Assembly: GCF_022045235.1 (NCBI RefSeq)
Contig: NW_027266279.1
Location: 3,472,001-3,536,000, forward strand
Source: Haliotis cracherodii
Taxonomy: Eukaryota
Length of the DNA: 64,000 bases
Reading direction: 5' to 3'
The notes below the pieces were generated by a model that had not been told where the DNA came from, did not search any database, and was given only the letters and a program-made list of their open reading frames with translations. Below are positions 36,201 through 47,864 of the stretch, piece after piece. A program made the position numbers and the translations under genes. Position 1 is the stretch's first letter. Every line of letters begins with the position of its first letter.

Positions 36201-38492
36201 ACGAATCAAGATTTCTCCTCCGTTGAGAGGATGGAAGAGCACGGCTCTGCATATGTCGGGGAGAACGTTACGCCGGAAACTGCGTACAGGAAGTGGACAG
36301 GTTTGGTTGGGGTAGCGTTATGATGTGTGCGGCTATCTCTCCTCATGGCAGGACAGGTTTGAACATATCCAAGGCAATCTTACGATACATCAACGAAATT
36401 CTCATACAACAAGTCCTCCCAATTGCAGCCCACGGAAACAGGAGCCTGTCTACTCAAAAACAACGTTGAAGTTCTCCCCTGGCCCTCCTGATCCCCGGAT
36501 TTGAACCCGAGAGAGCACCTGTAGGATGAATTGGATAGACGGCTACGCCGACGTCAACCACAACCCCAGACGTTGCAGCAGTTGGCTTTTGCGTTACAGG
36601 CCATTGCGTGTGGGCTACCATTCCCAAGGATGTGATTCCAACAGGGGACATACGCATTATTGATGGTAGCTGACTTTTCCTATGAACCGATAACTGAGAT
36701 GACTACAATCACCAACAACATTTTGGCTCAATACCTTGTACGGTTCCTCGTACAAATGTATTTTTTCTAGCTCAAACTCATGCTTGTCGTAAATGGCGAC
36801 TATGCTTGTGGTAAGAGGCGACTAACGGGATCGAGTGGTCAGACTCAATGACTTGGTTGATGCATGTCATCGTATCCCCATTGCTTAGATCGATGCTTAT
36901 GATGTCACAATCACTGGATTGTCTGGTCCAGACTCGATTATTTACAGACCGCCGTCATATAGCTGGAATATTGTTGAGTGCGGCGTTAAAAAACAAACAA
37001 ACCAAACAAACAAAGCTCACACAAATCTGTTTTTGAGGACTATATAATTAGATTACCCTACCTCTCCGTGAGGATTCACGGGCGCGGATGGCCCAGTCGT
37101 CTGAGGCACCGCAAGTCGTTGACCATAGTCTGTTGTAGAGACTAAAGAACTTTTTTTCAGCCGTCCCGTCAGCTCCAGTCGTCAACATTGGTGAACTCAC
37201 AAACTACTCTGTGGAGTTGCTGATGTCCAAGCCAGCATCTGATGAAGACGTGGACGTCGATTCCTATGTTATTGTTTATCCACGTCTGACAAATGAACAT
37301 CGCTTCAACGTCAAAATCAGTAAGTATTTCCATACAGGTTAAGTTGGAGTTTAATGTCGCGTCCAAGATTATTGCCTCTTACGGCGACGTGCGTGTGTGC
37401 GTCGAGCGCTCTTGTCCTTGTCCGAACGTCTATTGTGCCGACACACTGAGATACCGTGACACAGATTAACATGGATACCCTACAGACATTATAATGTCTC
37501 CGAGCCGACCAGTCCGTGTTGCATCCTCTTAATGCCGAACGCCGGGAAACAACAAGTACAATTTCTTTTGATGGCTTGGTCGCATCTCACAACTGAAAGA
37601 GTTGTGAGATAATTATTGCTAATAACAGTGACAATAATGAGATCGACTTGTTTCTGTATTTCAATATGAGTATTATGTCAATTGTAAAATTAAAAAAGAA
37701 ATTAAAAAAATTAACACAGGATACGATTTCCAATTTTTAATTTTATATGGAAATATGTAGTAAGCGAAGTTTAGCCTTTTTAGCTTGCCGGCATCCAGTT
37801 ATGCCTGATAATTCAGCACCATACTGGCGTGTAACACCGAGGTGACTGAACATATATAATTAGATCCTTAAATATGCCCTCACATCGCAATATCACCGAA
37901 GTTCTGTGGGTCAAACACTTCATTTAAACCAACGTGAGTCAATATATACCTAATTTCTTGGAGGTGATTGTTCGCATTGTAATCCCTTGATGTTTTATCA
38001 TGGTCAGGTGAGCTTACACGCGGTATTTAAAATTCACAGCGCCACCTGTCACCAGATTTTGGGTCAACAGTACGTGGCCACAGACTATTCAGGTTCAAGC
38101 AGCAGCTGGTAGGGAGACTGGGCCAGATGTGCTTGTTCTTGCTTCTCCTTTATCGGACCGTAAGTTGATGAGGAAATCAGTTTCTCGTGTGTTGTTCATG
38201 CTCTACTTCGCCATTACTGTGGCCGGATGTTGTCAGACATTAAGGGCGGGTAACTCTGACCATACTCCATTTTGAAAAATGTATCTGTATCCTGCCATTG
38301 ATAATTTTTGCTTGATTTTTATGATGCAATAACTTGACATATTGCTGGAGAAAAATGAACAAACACGAGAGCAAAACATGTAATGAAACAGGATATCTTG
38401 TCTGAGAACGTGTGGGGGACAAGTTTTCTTCTCATTGAAAATGCAGAATGATGGTTTTGCTTCATTATTTACTTTCAAATCCAGGTGGTTGA
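33276..38492 (+). CDS. Secreted coiled-coil + two fibronectin type III domain protein (~330 aa); exons 33276-33696, 35030-35185, 35334-35468, 37161-37319, 38040-38159, probable 38485-38492
   Basis: Signal peptide MGRSVVVAALCVVVVVSG and heptad-like segments (LREEVNELKQF, LRKISNQLRGLESMLRRVE). All introns are phase-1 GT-AG and join in frame. FN3 signature VVSGLVPNTQYTFQVTAW; the second repeat starts VPSAPVVNIGELTNYSVELLM. The terminal exon RG* is followed by AATAAA at 38498 (terminal exon less certain). Confidence 0.85.
33755..34110. repeat. Degenerate ~39-bp tandem repeat (CCCCTTTCCGTAACCTGTAATTGATTTCGTCACCACTCG) with inverted copy at ~34475-34530
   Basis: About 9 diverged units; the reverse-complement unit TTACAGGTTACGGAAAGGGGCGAGTGGTGACGAA lies downstream. 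Confidence 0.75.
35524..36770 (+). mobile_element. Degenerate Tc1-like element related to the one at 25096, in intron 3 of the FN3 gene
   Basis: Left TIR TATACTCTTCAAAAAAGGAAACG. Fragments MPRLTEVRR (35842), RRISDQTVRNRLR, FGDESRFLL and WPS*SPDLNP. Right TIR not found. Confidence 0.85.
36778..37013 (+). mobile_element. SINE-like family A copy
   Basis: Family consensus with (CAAA)n tail. Confidence 0.8.
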
Positions 38493-38860
38493 TGCTAAAT
38501 AAAGTAAAACTTAGTATAACTCTGTGAAAACCCTTACATAATCAGGTGAGTTTTCCAGGTTTTTCACCTCCATAACCGTGGTCGTATGTTTCACCACAAA
38601 ATTATATCCGTCTGGGACTTGCATCACTTCATAAAAAAATCCCCAAATATTCATACTCCCTATCTTAGTGCGAAATACAATAATATCATTACAATATATG
38701 TTAAAATGTCCAGTTTAGTATTTTCTGTTCTTAGAACAACGATTGTGGTTTTGGGTTTTTTTTTCAAACATTCAAGACGTACATAAATATTCCAAGATTC
38801 CAAGGTGAGGTCAAGAGCTCTATCATGTATTTGTTTTATTTCATCTTTAGAGAATACTAC

Positions 38861-39150
38861 TCCGTGAGGTTCCGTGTAGCAATTGGTCTTCAACAACCCG
38901 CGCTTTTCCTAAGAGGCGACTATGCTTGTCGTAGGAGGCGACTATGCTTGTTGTAAGAGGTGACTAACGGGACCGGGTGGTCATGCTCACTGACTTGGTT
39001 GATGCATGTCATCGTATCCCAATTGCGTAGATCGATGCGCATAATGTCAATCGATGGATTGTCTGGTCCAGATTCGTTTATTTACAGAATGTTGTCATAA
39101 AGCTGCAAAATATTGTTGAGTGTAACGTTTAACACAAACAAACAAACAAA
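38861..39150 (+). mobile_element. SINE-like family A copy with three 22-nt hairpin units
   Basis: Starts TCCGTGAGGTTCCG and carries three ATGCTTGTCGTAAGAGGCGACT-like units. Confidence 0.8.
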
Positions 39151-40412
39151 ACCACAGGAAACACCGGCCAACACTGCTAATATAGAGTACTGGAGACATG
39201 TTGTCAATGCTGAGGGACGAATACTCTTGCCAGTGCAGATCAGTTCAGTCATCGCATGTGGTCCAAAGAACTCCAATCGGATCAATTTGAAGAAGAGAGT
39301 ATCGATTACCTAAATTTAGAGGATTTTAATACGATGCATCACCCCACAACCTCGTTTGAACAAGGACCATATTGTATATACAAATATAGTAATATTAATA
39401 CAGAGTAATGGGGGTGAAAGGAGGTATTATTCCCTACTAATATGAAATAACGTCATGTTTACAGATTCGGTAGAAAGAGGCTGAGTGTGTCTGATAGCCC
39501 TACAGCGGTGATCTCCCTTGTCTGTCTCCACCATTGTCAAGATATTGTCACTATACATGGTGTATTTTAATTTGAAACTATACAATACTGAAATGTGAAG
39601 GGGAATAAATCAGGATTTATTTCTTAAACGTTGATTTTTATTTCTTTTATGGCTCATCCCAATGTGTCATTTTCATGATCTGCGGTGACACCAAAAATGA
39701 CTTCCCACATTTCTTCCATGTGTGGAATCGAACCCGGAACTTCGGTGTGATGAGCGAACGCCTCGCCCACTATGCCGCAGTTGACACCCAATCCTCATGA
39801 GTCATGGCCTTGGCAGATGTCATAGTCGATCTGTCGTATTTTATAACTACGCCTTTTATACAGAAATGGAAAGTAGTTTTTTCGAAAAAGAGACTTTAGG
39901 TTCATAAACAACCACATATACAAGAAGAGAAAATCGTGCGCTGGGTTCAGGAGCTTTCGAGTTTTATCTTGGTATTGAACAAATAGCCTCACAAACACCT
40001 TGTTTAAAATAAAACTCCTTGTAAAGGGGATATCGTTTGAACTGGGAAGGTGAAGGAGTGGGTGTTTTTCCACGGATTGTGAGAAAATATGTTATACTTC
40101 CGAAAGATGCATCTGACATAGTTGGCATGAAACGTGTGTCAATACTGATGAATAGCAGTGAGGTATGGGGTATGAAGCTATTTTTTTAGTTGATTCCAAA
40201 TGTTGGCAAATCATTACTGTAGTCTGTGGGGATTGTGGTAGACATTCATTATATATTAACTATCATACAAACTAGTAAGTACTGGTTGAAATTAATAACA
40301 ATGCCTGCTAACAGATACTTATCAAAAGTTACCACTGATATGTGAATGTAAACGCCCTCTGTGGGCATTTTATGTCAAACAATATATTGTTTCTATTGTC
40401 ATACATCATCGT

Positions 40413-40507
40413 TTATGTATGTATGTATGTATGTATGTATGTATGTATGTATGTATGTATGTATGTATGTATGTATGTATACATATTTACAGATCTAATA
40501 GGTAAAA

Positions 40508-40547
<40 letters not shown>

Positions 40548-40561
40548 ACATATATATATAT
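40413..40561. repeat. (TATG)n, (CA)n and (TA)n microsatellites
   Basis: Read directly from the sequence. Confidence 0.95.
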
Positions 40562-41204
40562 AGGCTAACAGACACGTTAAACACATGCATTTGTTTCTAA
40601 TATAATATTTATTATCTCATATAATGTACACAGTTGTGCTGGTTCTGTATTTCCAAGAGTTTTGAGCAAATTTAGCCTGCGTAAATGTTATTCCCTAACT
40701 GTTTGACAAGCAAATGGATTCTTATGTCTTGTGTCAATCTGAAGAGCGTATAACATTATATTGGGGACAGGCTACATGTACTTCATCTTCAAAGACAGAG
40801 CATTTAATACAAAGAACAGTCTGATGCACAATAATATTTTTCAAGAATTTCCTTGAACATTTTGTTTTCGTTCGATAAATGCTCATCAAAAGCAGCAGCA
40901 AGGTTAGTCAAACGTTTATTTGGCTGAATAAAAGTGGAGACAATCGCTACCATTGCAAAAAACATATAAGGTGAAAATATACTTGATACACATGAGGGTA
41001 GTTATAAAAATGAAGTAACGGGGACAAGCTGACACGCCCTGATACAACTGGAATACAGTTCCAAGCGACGTTAAACCAACCCCATTCACTCTCACCCCTG
41101 TGGTAGTGTTAAAGTTTGCTGAGGACCATGGCTTGATGGTATAAAAAATAACCGAACACACGAGGGTGAAATATAAAGGAACACAATGGTTAGGTAACCC
41201 AAGT

Positions 41205-41470
41205 TGGACCAGAATTTCATGATGAACGGCCTCATCGTGCCAGGACTGTTGATGCCTACTTGGAGCAGGAGACCCTTGTTCACAGGGAGTGGCCAGCCCG
41301 GTCACCGGACCTCAACTCTATCGAACACACGTGGAACGAGCTGCAGATCGTTCTCTCACGACGCCCTGTACTTCCGGCAGCTCCACAGGAAGGCAATGCT
41401 CTTACTGAAGAGTGGAACAATCTTCCCTTGGCAATCACCCAGACACTTATTGGGAGAAGGAGACGATTTC
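41205..41470 (+). mobile_element. Tc1 transposase C-terminal fragment
   Basis: EWPARSPDLNSIEHTWNEL...LTEEWNNLP. Confidence 0.8.
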
Positions 41471-41858
41471 GCGCTACTGAGAGGTTTGGCTTTTTTACAA
41501 TGAATTGTGATTTTTTACCTTTTAGTTTTGGTCAGATACTCTCATTTTGACGGGGGATCTGACTGATCATTGGTCACATGTTGTTTGTTGGCAATGTGTG
41601 GCACATCTCAACGGAGGTTTGTTCATAAAACACGTCTTCACGCAATATTGTATTTGGGTATTTCAACAGATGCACACTATTTGACTTATTACTATTAACA
41701 GTGGTGATCCTTAGCAAACTTTGAGGAGTATATGACAGCTGACCTGTTAAACTGGCTTTAAATATTAAATTAGGACTTAGTACTTGCTTACTTACTTCTG
41801 AAATGAAATAGCTACTTGTCGCTGGCCACTGTGTAAACTCAAACCACTCACTAACCAT

Positions 41859-44105
41859 TCACATTATCTTCATTCTAACGTTCATACAGTCTCTGAACGA
41901 TAGCAGAACCCCCGCGACATAACTCTTAGATCGGGACAGACGTGAAGTGTAAAGACTTATGCCCCTGGTCGGATCCTTCATGGAAAGCAGCTTCTTCATA
42001 CCCTTCATCGTTATTATTACTTCCTCGACAAGTGTGTACTCTTTAAACAGCTGGATCTTTTCAACCAGAACCCTTCGAAACCTTGGTGAGTCTGATATGA
42101 GCTGTCCGTTCATAGCAATAACTCGATTTCCTGGTGATTTCACGACAATATTAGACATTCTGGACCAATTAGGTGATCTGTACCTTTCGACAAACACTTT
42201 GTAGTCAGCTTGACATGACCGCTTGGATATTATAATTTTTATTTCGAAAGCGATGATGACCCGCTTGTCCGGTATGCCGAGATTGAGGGTAGCTTTACAA
42301 TACCTGTCTGACGTTGACCTCAGTGATGTCGGATATATATATCCCTGTTCGTCGACCAGGCACCCAGTGACAGATTGAAACCTGTGTTCTGGAACGAGTA
42401 GGTGATTGGAGTGGAGAGGAGGGCAGTGGAAGGGAGGGGAGGGGATTGAAGAGGAGGCGAAGCTGATGGAATCGTTCTCGACCTTGGTACCATCGACATG
42501 TACCTGGGTTAAATTTTAGTCATCGCCACGAAATCACGAAATGTCGCGTTAATCAACAAAGATAGCTGCAAATGTGCTAATACTTATAGAGTGAAAGAAG
42601 TTATTTTCCCAAGAAGCAATATTACTTACATTAATGACAAACATTGCAAGGTGCGCTTCTCAAGAAATATCCATTTTGCTGGCGATAAACATAATCATGG
42701 TACCTAGGTCGAGAACGACCCCATCAGCGTAAAATGAAATTGCCTTTGTGTAACTTATGTTTGGGGTATTTTGGGATAATCTGGGTCCTTGTGTGTTACG
42801 TTTGAAATCGGCTTTTGAACATGACTGACATTTTGCAGTTGTTGGTAGGTCAAATTAAATTAACCGTTTCTGTAGATATTATGTAGCAGGTGTAAATTTA
42901 GATACGTTTTGATCGGCAATCGCTCGATTCCGCTGTACATAGGGAAACAGGTACATGCAATAATACTCCAAGAGACTGAGGTTTTGTAAGATATAACAGG
43001 GCCCTTGTGGGGGACGAATATCATTGCATAATTTGTAAACCATGTGGTCACCTTCCACAACAGTATATTTTCATGTCCATCCTACATCATCTAAGTTTAA
43101 TATTGTAATGTCAAACCCAGAGAAGTCGTACTACAAGTACTGCCTTGTCGCAAGGAATCGCCGTTTGGCCATACTGTCTTTTTTCAACCGTCAATTGTAT
43201 CATGGGGCGGAGGCCAAGACAAGTGCTGAATAAAGATTTAGGATTTCTCATTCCATGTATTTTTAAAACCCTTGAGCTATTACTTTCGAAAGTGACATGG
43301 AAGGAATTGTTTTATCCAAATTTCCATAGAACCTTTTCACCTTTAACAATAAGCATCTATATTTTTCTGTCGTCAACTTCCGATTTCAGGGACAAAATGA
43401 TGGATTATTTTGGGTGAGTAAGGTTGGTTGGTTTGTTGTTTAACGCCACAGCAATATTCCAGCTATATGACGGCGGTCTGTAAATAATCGAGTCTGGACC
43501 TGACAATCCAGCGATTGATATATTGTGCGTCGATCCTCGCAATGTAGGATCGATGACATGCATCAACAATGTCAGCGAGCATGACCACCCGATCCCGTTA
43601 ATCGCCTCTAACGACAAGCATAGGTGCGTTTTACTGCAAGCATGGGTTGCTGAAGACCTCTTCTACCCCGGATCTTCACGGGTAGTGTGAGTAAGGTGAT
43701 ACATAACGTCGCATCAGCTTTATTGCAGCCATATAGCGAGGAGAGCAAGGTTTCATATCTGCAAGCATGTCGTATGAATGCATAAGAGTCATATTTAAAG
43801 GCAGATTGTCAAACACATTTTAGCATAACAATAGTAGTTACAGCGGCCTATAGGCCACCAGCATGTTTACAAAGAATTTTGATTTGCAAGAAAACCTAGA
43901 AGTAATGTCAACGGTGTCGTTACCTCTGAACACACATACTGGCTTCCCCGCGCGTGATTTGAGGCATACGTCTCCGCGTGAACATGTCCGGGCCGAGCAT
44001 TCAGTCTGTGAATAAAACGTAGACAGTGAGTGACTCAACATTGTTTTCAGCGTTCTCATTTCTTATCTCCTGCAGATATCTGGGCCAGGCAAACCAGTGT
44101 TATGG

Positions 44106-44168
<63 letters not shown>

Positions 44169-45564
44169 CGCGTGCGCGTGTGTGTGTGTGTAGTACAACC
44201 AGCAATCTATACATTTTTCTTCTTAACACACAAATAGTGACGTTTGGGTAAATCCTGTCATTTTAATCAATTTGATTTCAAGAAAATAGTTATTAAAAAC
44301 TAAAATTTTCATAGTTTTCACCAATGCAAACAAACTATTCTTTTGGGGCATATTTCTGGATAAGTTATTCATTTACAAAAACAATCCCACTCACCCCATA
44401 GAAATCAAATGGATGCTCCCTAAAAATAGGAAGTGAAGCCAAATTAACGTCCTAACGCCTATCCTCGGGTCTATGAAAGGTCTGATACCCTCACCATCCA
44501 GGGGTAGGAATGGTGGTTGTGTCTGACAAAACATCTATGTTCTTAAGATCCAAGCAACCTCTATTCAAGCAGGTTCTGTGGAGTTCATGCTTGTGAAGGT
44601 AGTATAAGGTTCTGTGGAGTTCATGCTTGGGAAGGTAGTATAAGGTTCTGTGGAGTTCATGCTTGGGAAGGTAGTATGAGGTTCTGTGGAGTTCATGCTT
44701 GTGAAGGTAGTATAAGGTTCTGTGGAGTTCATGCTTGGGAAGGTAGTATAAGGTTCTGTGGAGTTCATGCTTGTGAAGGTAGTATAAGGTTCTGTGGAGT
44801 TCATGCTTGGGAAGGTAGTATAAGGTTCTGTGGAGTTCATGCTTGTGAAGGTAGTATAAGGTTCTGTGGAGTTCATGCTTGGGAAGGTAGTATAAGGTTC
44901 TGTGGAGTTCATGCTTGGGAAGGTAGTATAAGGTTCTGTGGAGTTCATGCTTGTGGAGGTAGTATAAGGTTCTGTGACTTTGCTGATTGGCAGCGTACCC
45001 CAATACAGTGTGCGGAAAAGCACCTGCCCGGTTGCCCGTGGCTTCTTTATTTTTTTCAGGCTGGTGAAAATAAATCAGTGCAGCCCATATCAAGTGGAAA
45101 ATGTTCACTTGAAAAATAAGATAAATTTCTAAAAACAATTTGTTATTCATCTATCACAGCATATTAGTTCTGAAAGTGTCAAAAACCTATTTTATATCCT
45201 CTCAGATTGAAGTTTCTAACGTTGTTAAAGCTAATATTTATTCTCCTACTCATATCAGATTGCCCTTGATTTCTTCTTTATTGCCTTCAAAACGGTTTCC
45301 AGTATTATGTATGGCACCTACCTCTCGAATCTTGAAATGCCGGTTCGGTAGGACTAGTGTTTGAGACCGGCGAATAATCCGTGGTTGTCTGTAGAAGAGT
45401 ATCGTACACTGCAGTCTCTTGGCGGAGAACCGTATTCCCTCGCACATGGCTGTTTTCAGGCACAATTCTTCACACATTAGCTTTCCAGTGACCCCGATAC
45501 CGTTAGATGAAGATATGAAACGTGCAAACACTATCCACGATAAAACGTAAAGTGGTCGGGACAT
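41859..45564 (-). CDS. Secreted protein (~284 aa): PAN/Apple-like Cys domain + short 4-Cys module + uncharacterised basic beta-rich C-terminal domain; exons 45322-45564, 43924-44005, 41859-42388
   Basis: Exon1 is MSRPLYVLSWIVFARFISSSNG..CEELCLKTAMCEGIRFSAKRLQCTI..KIRE|GTAGG (phase 0). Exon2 is TECSARTCSRGDVCLKSRAGKPVCVFR G|GTAAC (phase 1). Exon3 after TTCCAG reads EHRFQSVTGCLVDEQGYIYP... and is open to RDCMNVRMKIM*. A paralogous copy supports the exon boundaries. Confidence 0.75.
42462..42728. mobile_element. MITE-like element with ~31-bp terminal inverted repeats in intron 2
   Basis: GCTGATGGAATCGTTCTCGACCTTGGTACCAT ... ATGGTACCTAGGTCGAGAACGACCCCATCAGC. Confidence 0.7.
43425..43682 (-). mobile_element. 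Full-length SINE-like family A copy with TSD
   Basis: GTGAGTAAGGT on both sides (43414-43424, 43687-43697). The 5' end is CCCGTGAAGATCCGGGG. Confidence 0.85.
44109..44191. repeat. (TG)n microsatellite
   Basis: Read directly from the sequence. Confidence 0.95.
44571..44977. repeat. 36-bp minisatellite (~11 units) in intron 1
   Basis: Periodicity of AGGTTCTGTGGAGTTCATGCTTG(T/G)GAAGGTAGTATA. Confidence 0.95.
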
Positions 45565-47371
45565 TTTTGGCTGACAGAAAGTTCCTGTGTGGGTCACTCT
45601 TACAGATGTACCGCTGTACACTCTGGGATGCTTAAGACTGAAGGAAAGACGAATTAGTTCGGGTGCTTTGGGACTATCCTGTTACCGTAAATTAATCAAT
45701 GTCTGACAATCTTGAGCACAAAGGAATGTTTTTTTGGTTTATGGTTTGCGGCGGTCCACATGAGGGTAGCTTGCGGTGTTGTGTTGATCGTTGTTATCAT
45801 ACATGGTAAAGTAAGGCCCGTAGCCGGCGTTATGGTGATGGTCGTGGCAGGAAGTGGGGTGTGGTCGTGACAGGAAGTAGGGTGTGGTATGGCAGGAAGT
45901 GGGGTGGTGGCTGTTGACAGCGGCAGCGAGATGTCACGTGCGATATTAGGATGATAATCGTGGCCAGTGGTAGGATGATGGCTTTTCCCGGGGTTCGTGA
46001 ACACACGAAATTGCAAGCATGAATTGGAATGATGAATAGTGGTAATTAAGTGAAACAAAAAGAAATCAAATCTGCATCATCGGTATTTAAGATACCTCAT
46101 AAAAACTTCTTGCAGTGATTCGTTGAATTATCCCTGGTTAGGCGAATGCCCCGCTTATAGTCTTCTGTATCATGCAGCATTAAAGGAACGCGGTTATTCG
46201 CAATGAAGATTAACGAGAAGTGTCTGACCAGCAGCTAATTAATTCATAGTAAATCTTTTGAGAACTTACTGAGAAATTATTTCTAAGGATATTTATCTAT
46301 TCTTTTCGCTTTTGACACTGCTGAAAATGTAAGAGTTGGGTGTCAATTATAACTGATTTATCGACAGTGGCTTTGTGACGCTACATTCATACTTTAGATG
46401 CTGCATCAATTATAAGGCGCCATTTGTATTGTTGGAAAGAAACTCGTCAGTGGGTAATGGAGATTTACGTTGTAGGAAGGTCAGTCCTGCGTGGACGCGG
46501 ATGGCTCAGTCGTCTTAAGCTCTGCAATTCGCTGTGCAGAGATCCCTTGTTCACACCAGAAACCTCTGTGGGTACGAATGCCTGTTCGCCCTGATTGTTT
46601 CTAGGTTTGTCAGCACGATACCCGTGCTTGTGGGTTTCACCAAAATGGTTAACGGCTGAAACCTGCATCACTTCGGGCTTTCCTCCCACACGCCGTGATA
46701 TAACTGGAATACTCAAGCACTCATTACTCCAGCTCAGTAAAACTCGTTAAAACTCAATCTGGTTTGGCTCATTCTGGATTATCATGTTTCCATTATATTT
46801 TCCTTCTGATTTGTTAATAAGGTTCAGCCTTATGGTCACTTTGAACTGCAAATGACAGGAGAAGGGCCTCTTCACTGCAGATTTATTGGTGAGGTGGGAG
46901 GAGGGAGGAGGGACTACTTCGTGATGTAATAAAGTTGGAATAAAGGATATGATGCCCTTTGTTCTCATTCACTTCCGGTTGATTGTGCAATGATATAGAA
47001 TCCTGTATCTATATCCTTATCTGACATGAAATTTGGCAATATGCTGTATATTTATGTTTACAGGGCCAAACGTCGGACACCTAAAAGTGTGGTGAAGTGC
47101 ATCAACCAAACACCACCCTATTCCGTGTGTCCCCTAATAACAATAACAGTATTTTGCCAGTATTGCGCCGCATGTTATGACTGATAATAACAATATTTAT
47201 GTATATTGAATATGGCGTATCGGTTATCTCCATTAGAAGTTTTTAAGTACGATGCATCATAGTTCAACACCTCGTATGAACAAGGACCAATACTGAACGC
47301 AAACGTTAGGGATCGTCAATAGGCTTGGGGATGTATTTTTATAGTGAAAAGAGAGCGCACAAGTTAATAAG

Positions 47372-47375
<4 letters not shown>

Positions 47376-47423
<48 letters not shown>
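47376..47423. repeat. (CT)n microsatellite
   Basis: Read directly from the sequence. Confidence 0.95.
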
Positions 47424-47425
<2 letters not shown>

Positions 47426-47864
47426 GAAACGCTTGAAAAAAAAAATTATGCTTCAGACTGCTAAAATGTTGTCTTTTTCTGTAGGGAAAAATGTAAATAT
47501 GAGGCATTGCAGAACCAGATTATCTTTTCTCAGTGAAAGTGGTTACAGTGTTCGCTCACCGAAAACTCCGACTCGATTCCCCACATGACTACAATTTGTC
47601 AAGCCCATTCCTTGTGGCCCCCGCCGTAAAATTGCTGGTATATTGCGTAAAGCGGCGTACAATCACAAACAAAGCCGCCAACAGGGTGGACCTATTCTGA
47701 TGTGGTAGGAAGACCGAGGGCCTTTTCTATCCATGTGTTAATAGGACAACTGGCCTTGATTTAGATATAAACTGAGGACGTAGTCTCAGCCACTTAGGAA
47801 TTGAAATAGCAACTTGTCGCTGAACACTGTGTAAACTCACTGTGTAAAACCACTCACTAACCAT

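Noticed and set aside
38008-38030. Upstream acceptor GTCAG|GTGAG for FN3 exon 5
   Set aside because: It runs into an in-frame TAA; the acceptor at 38039 keeps the frame open.
42320-42322. Apparent TGA/frameshift in the last exon of the PAN-like gene
   Set aside because: It appears only if the exon is read in phase 0. The phase-1 frame dictated by exon 2 is fully open.
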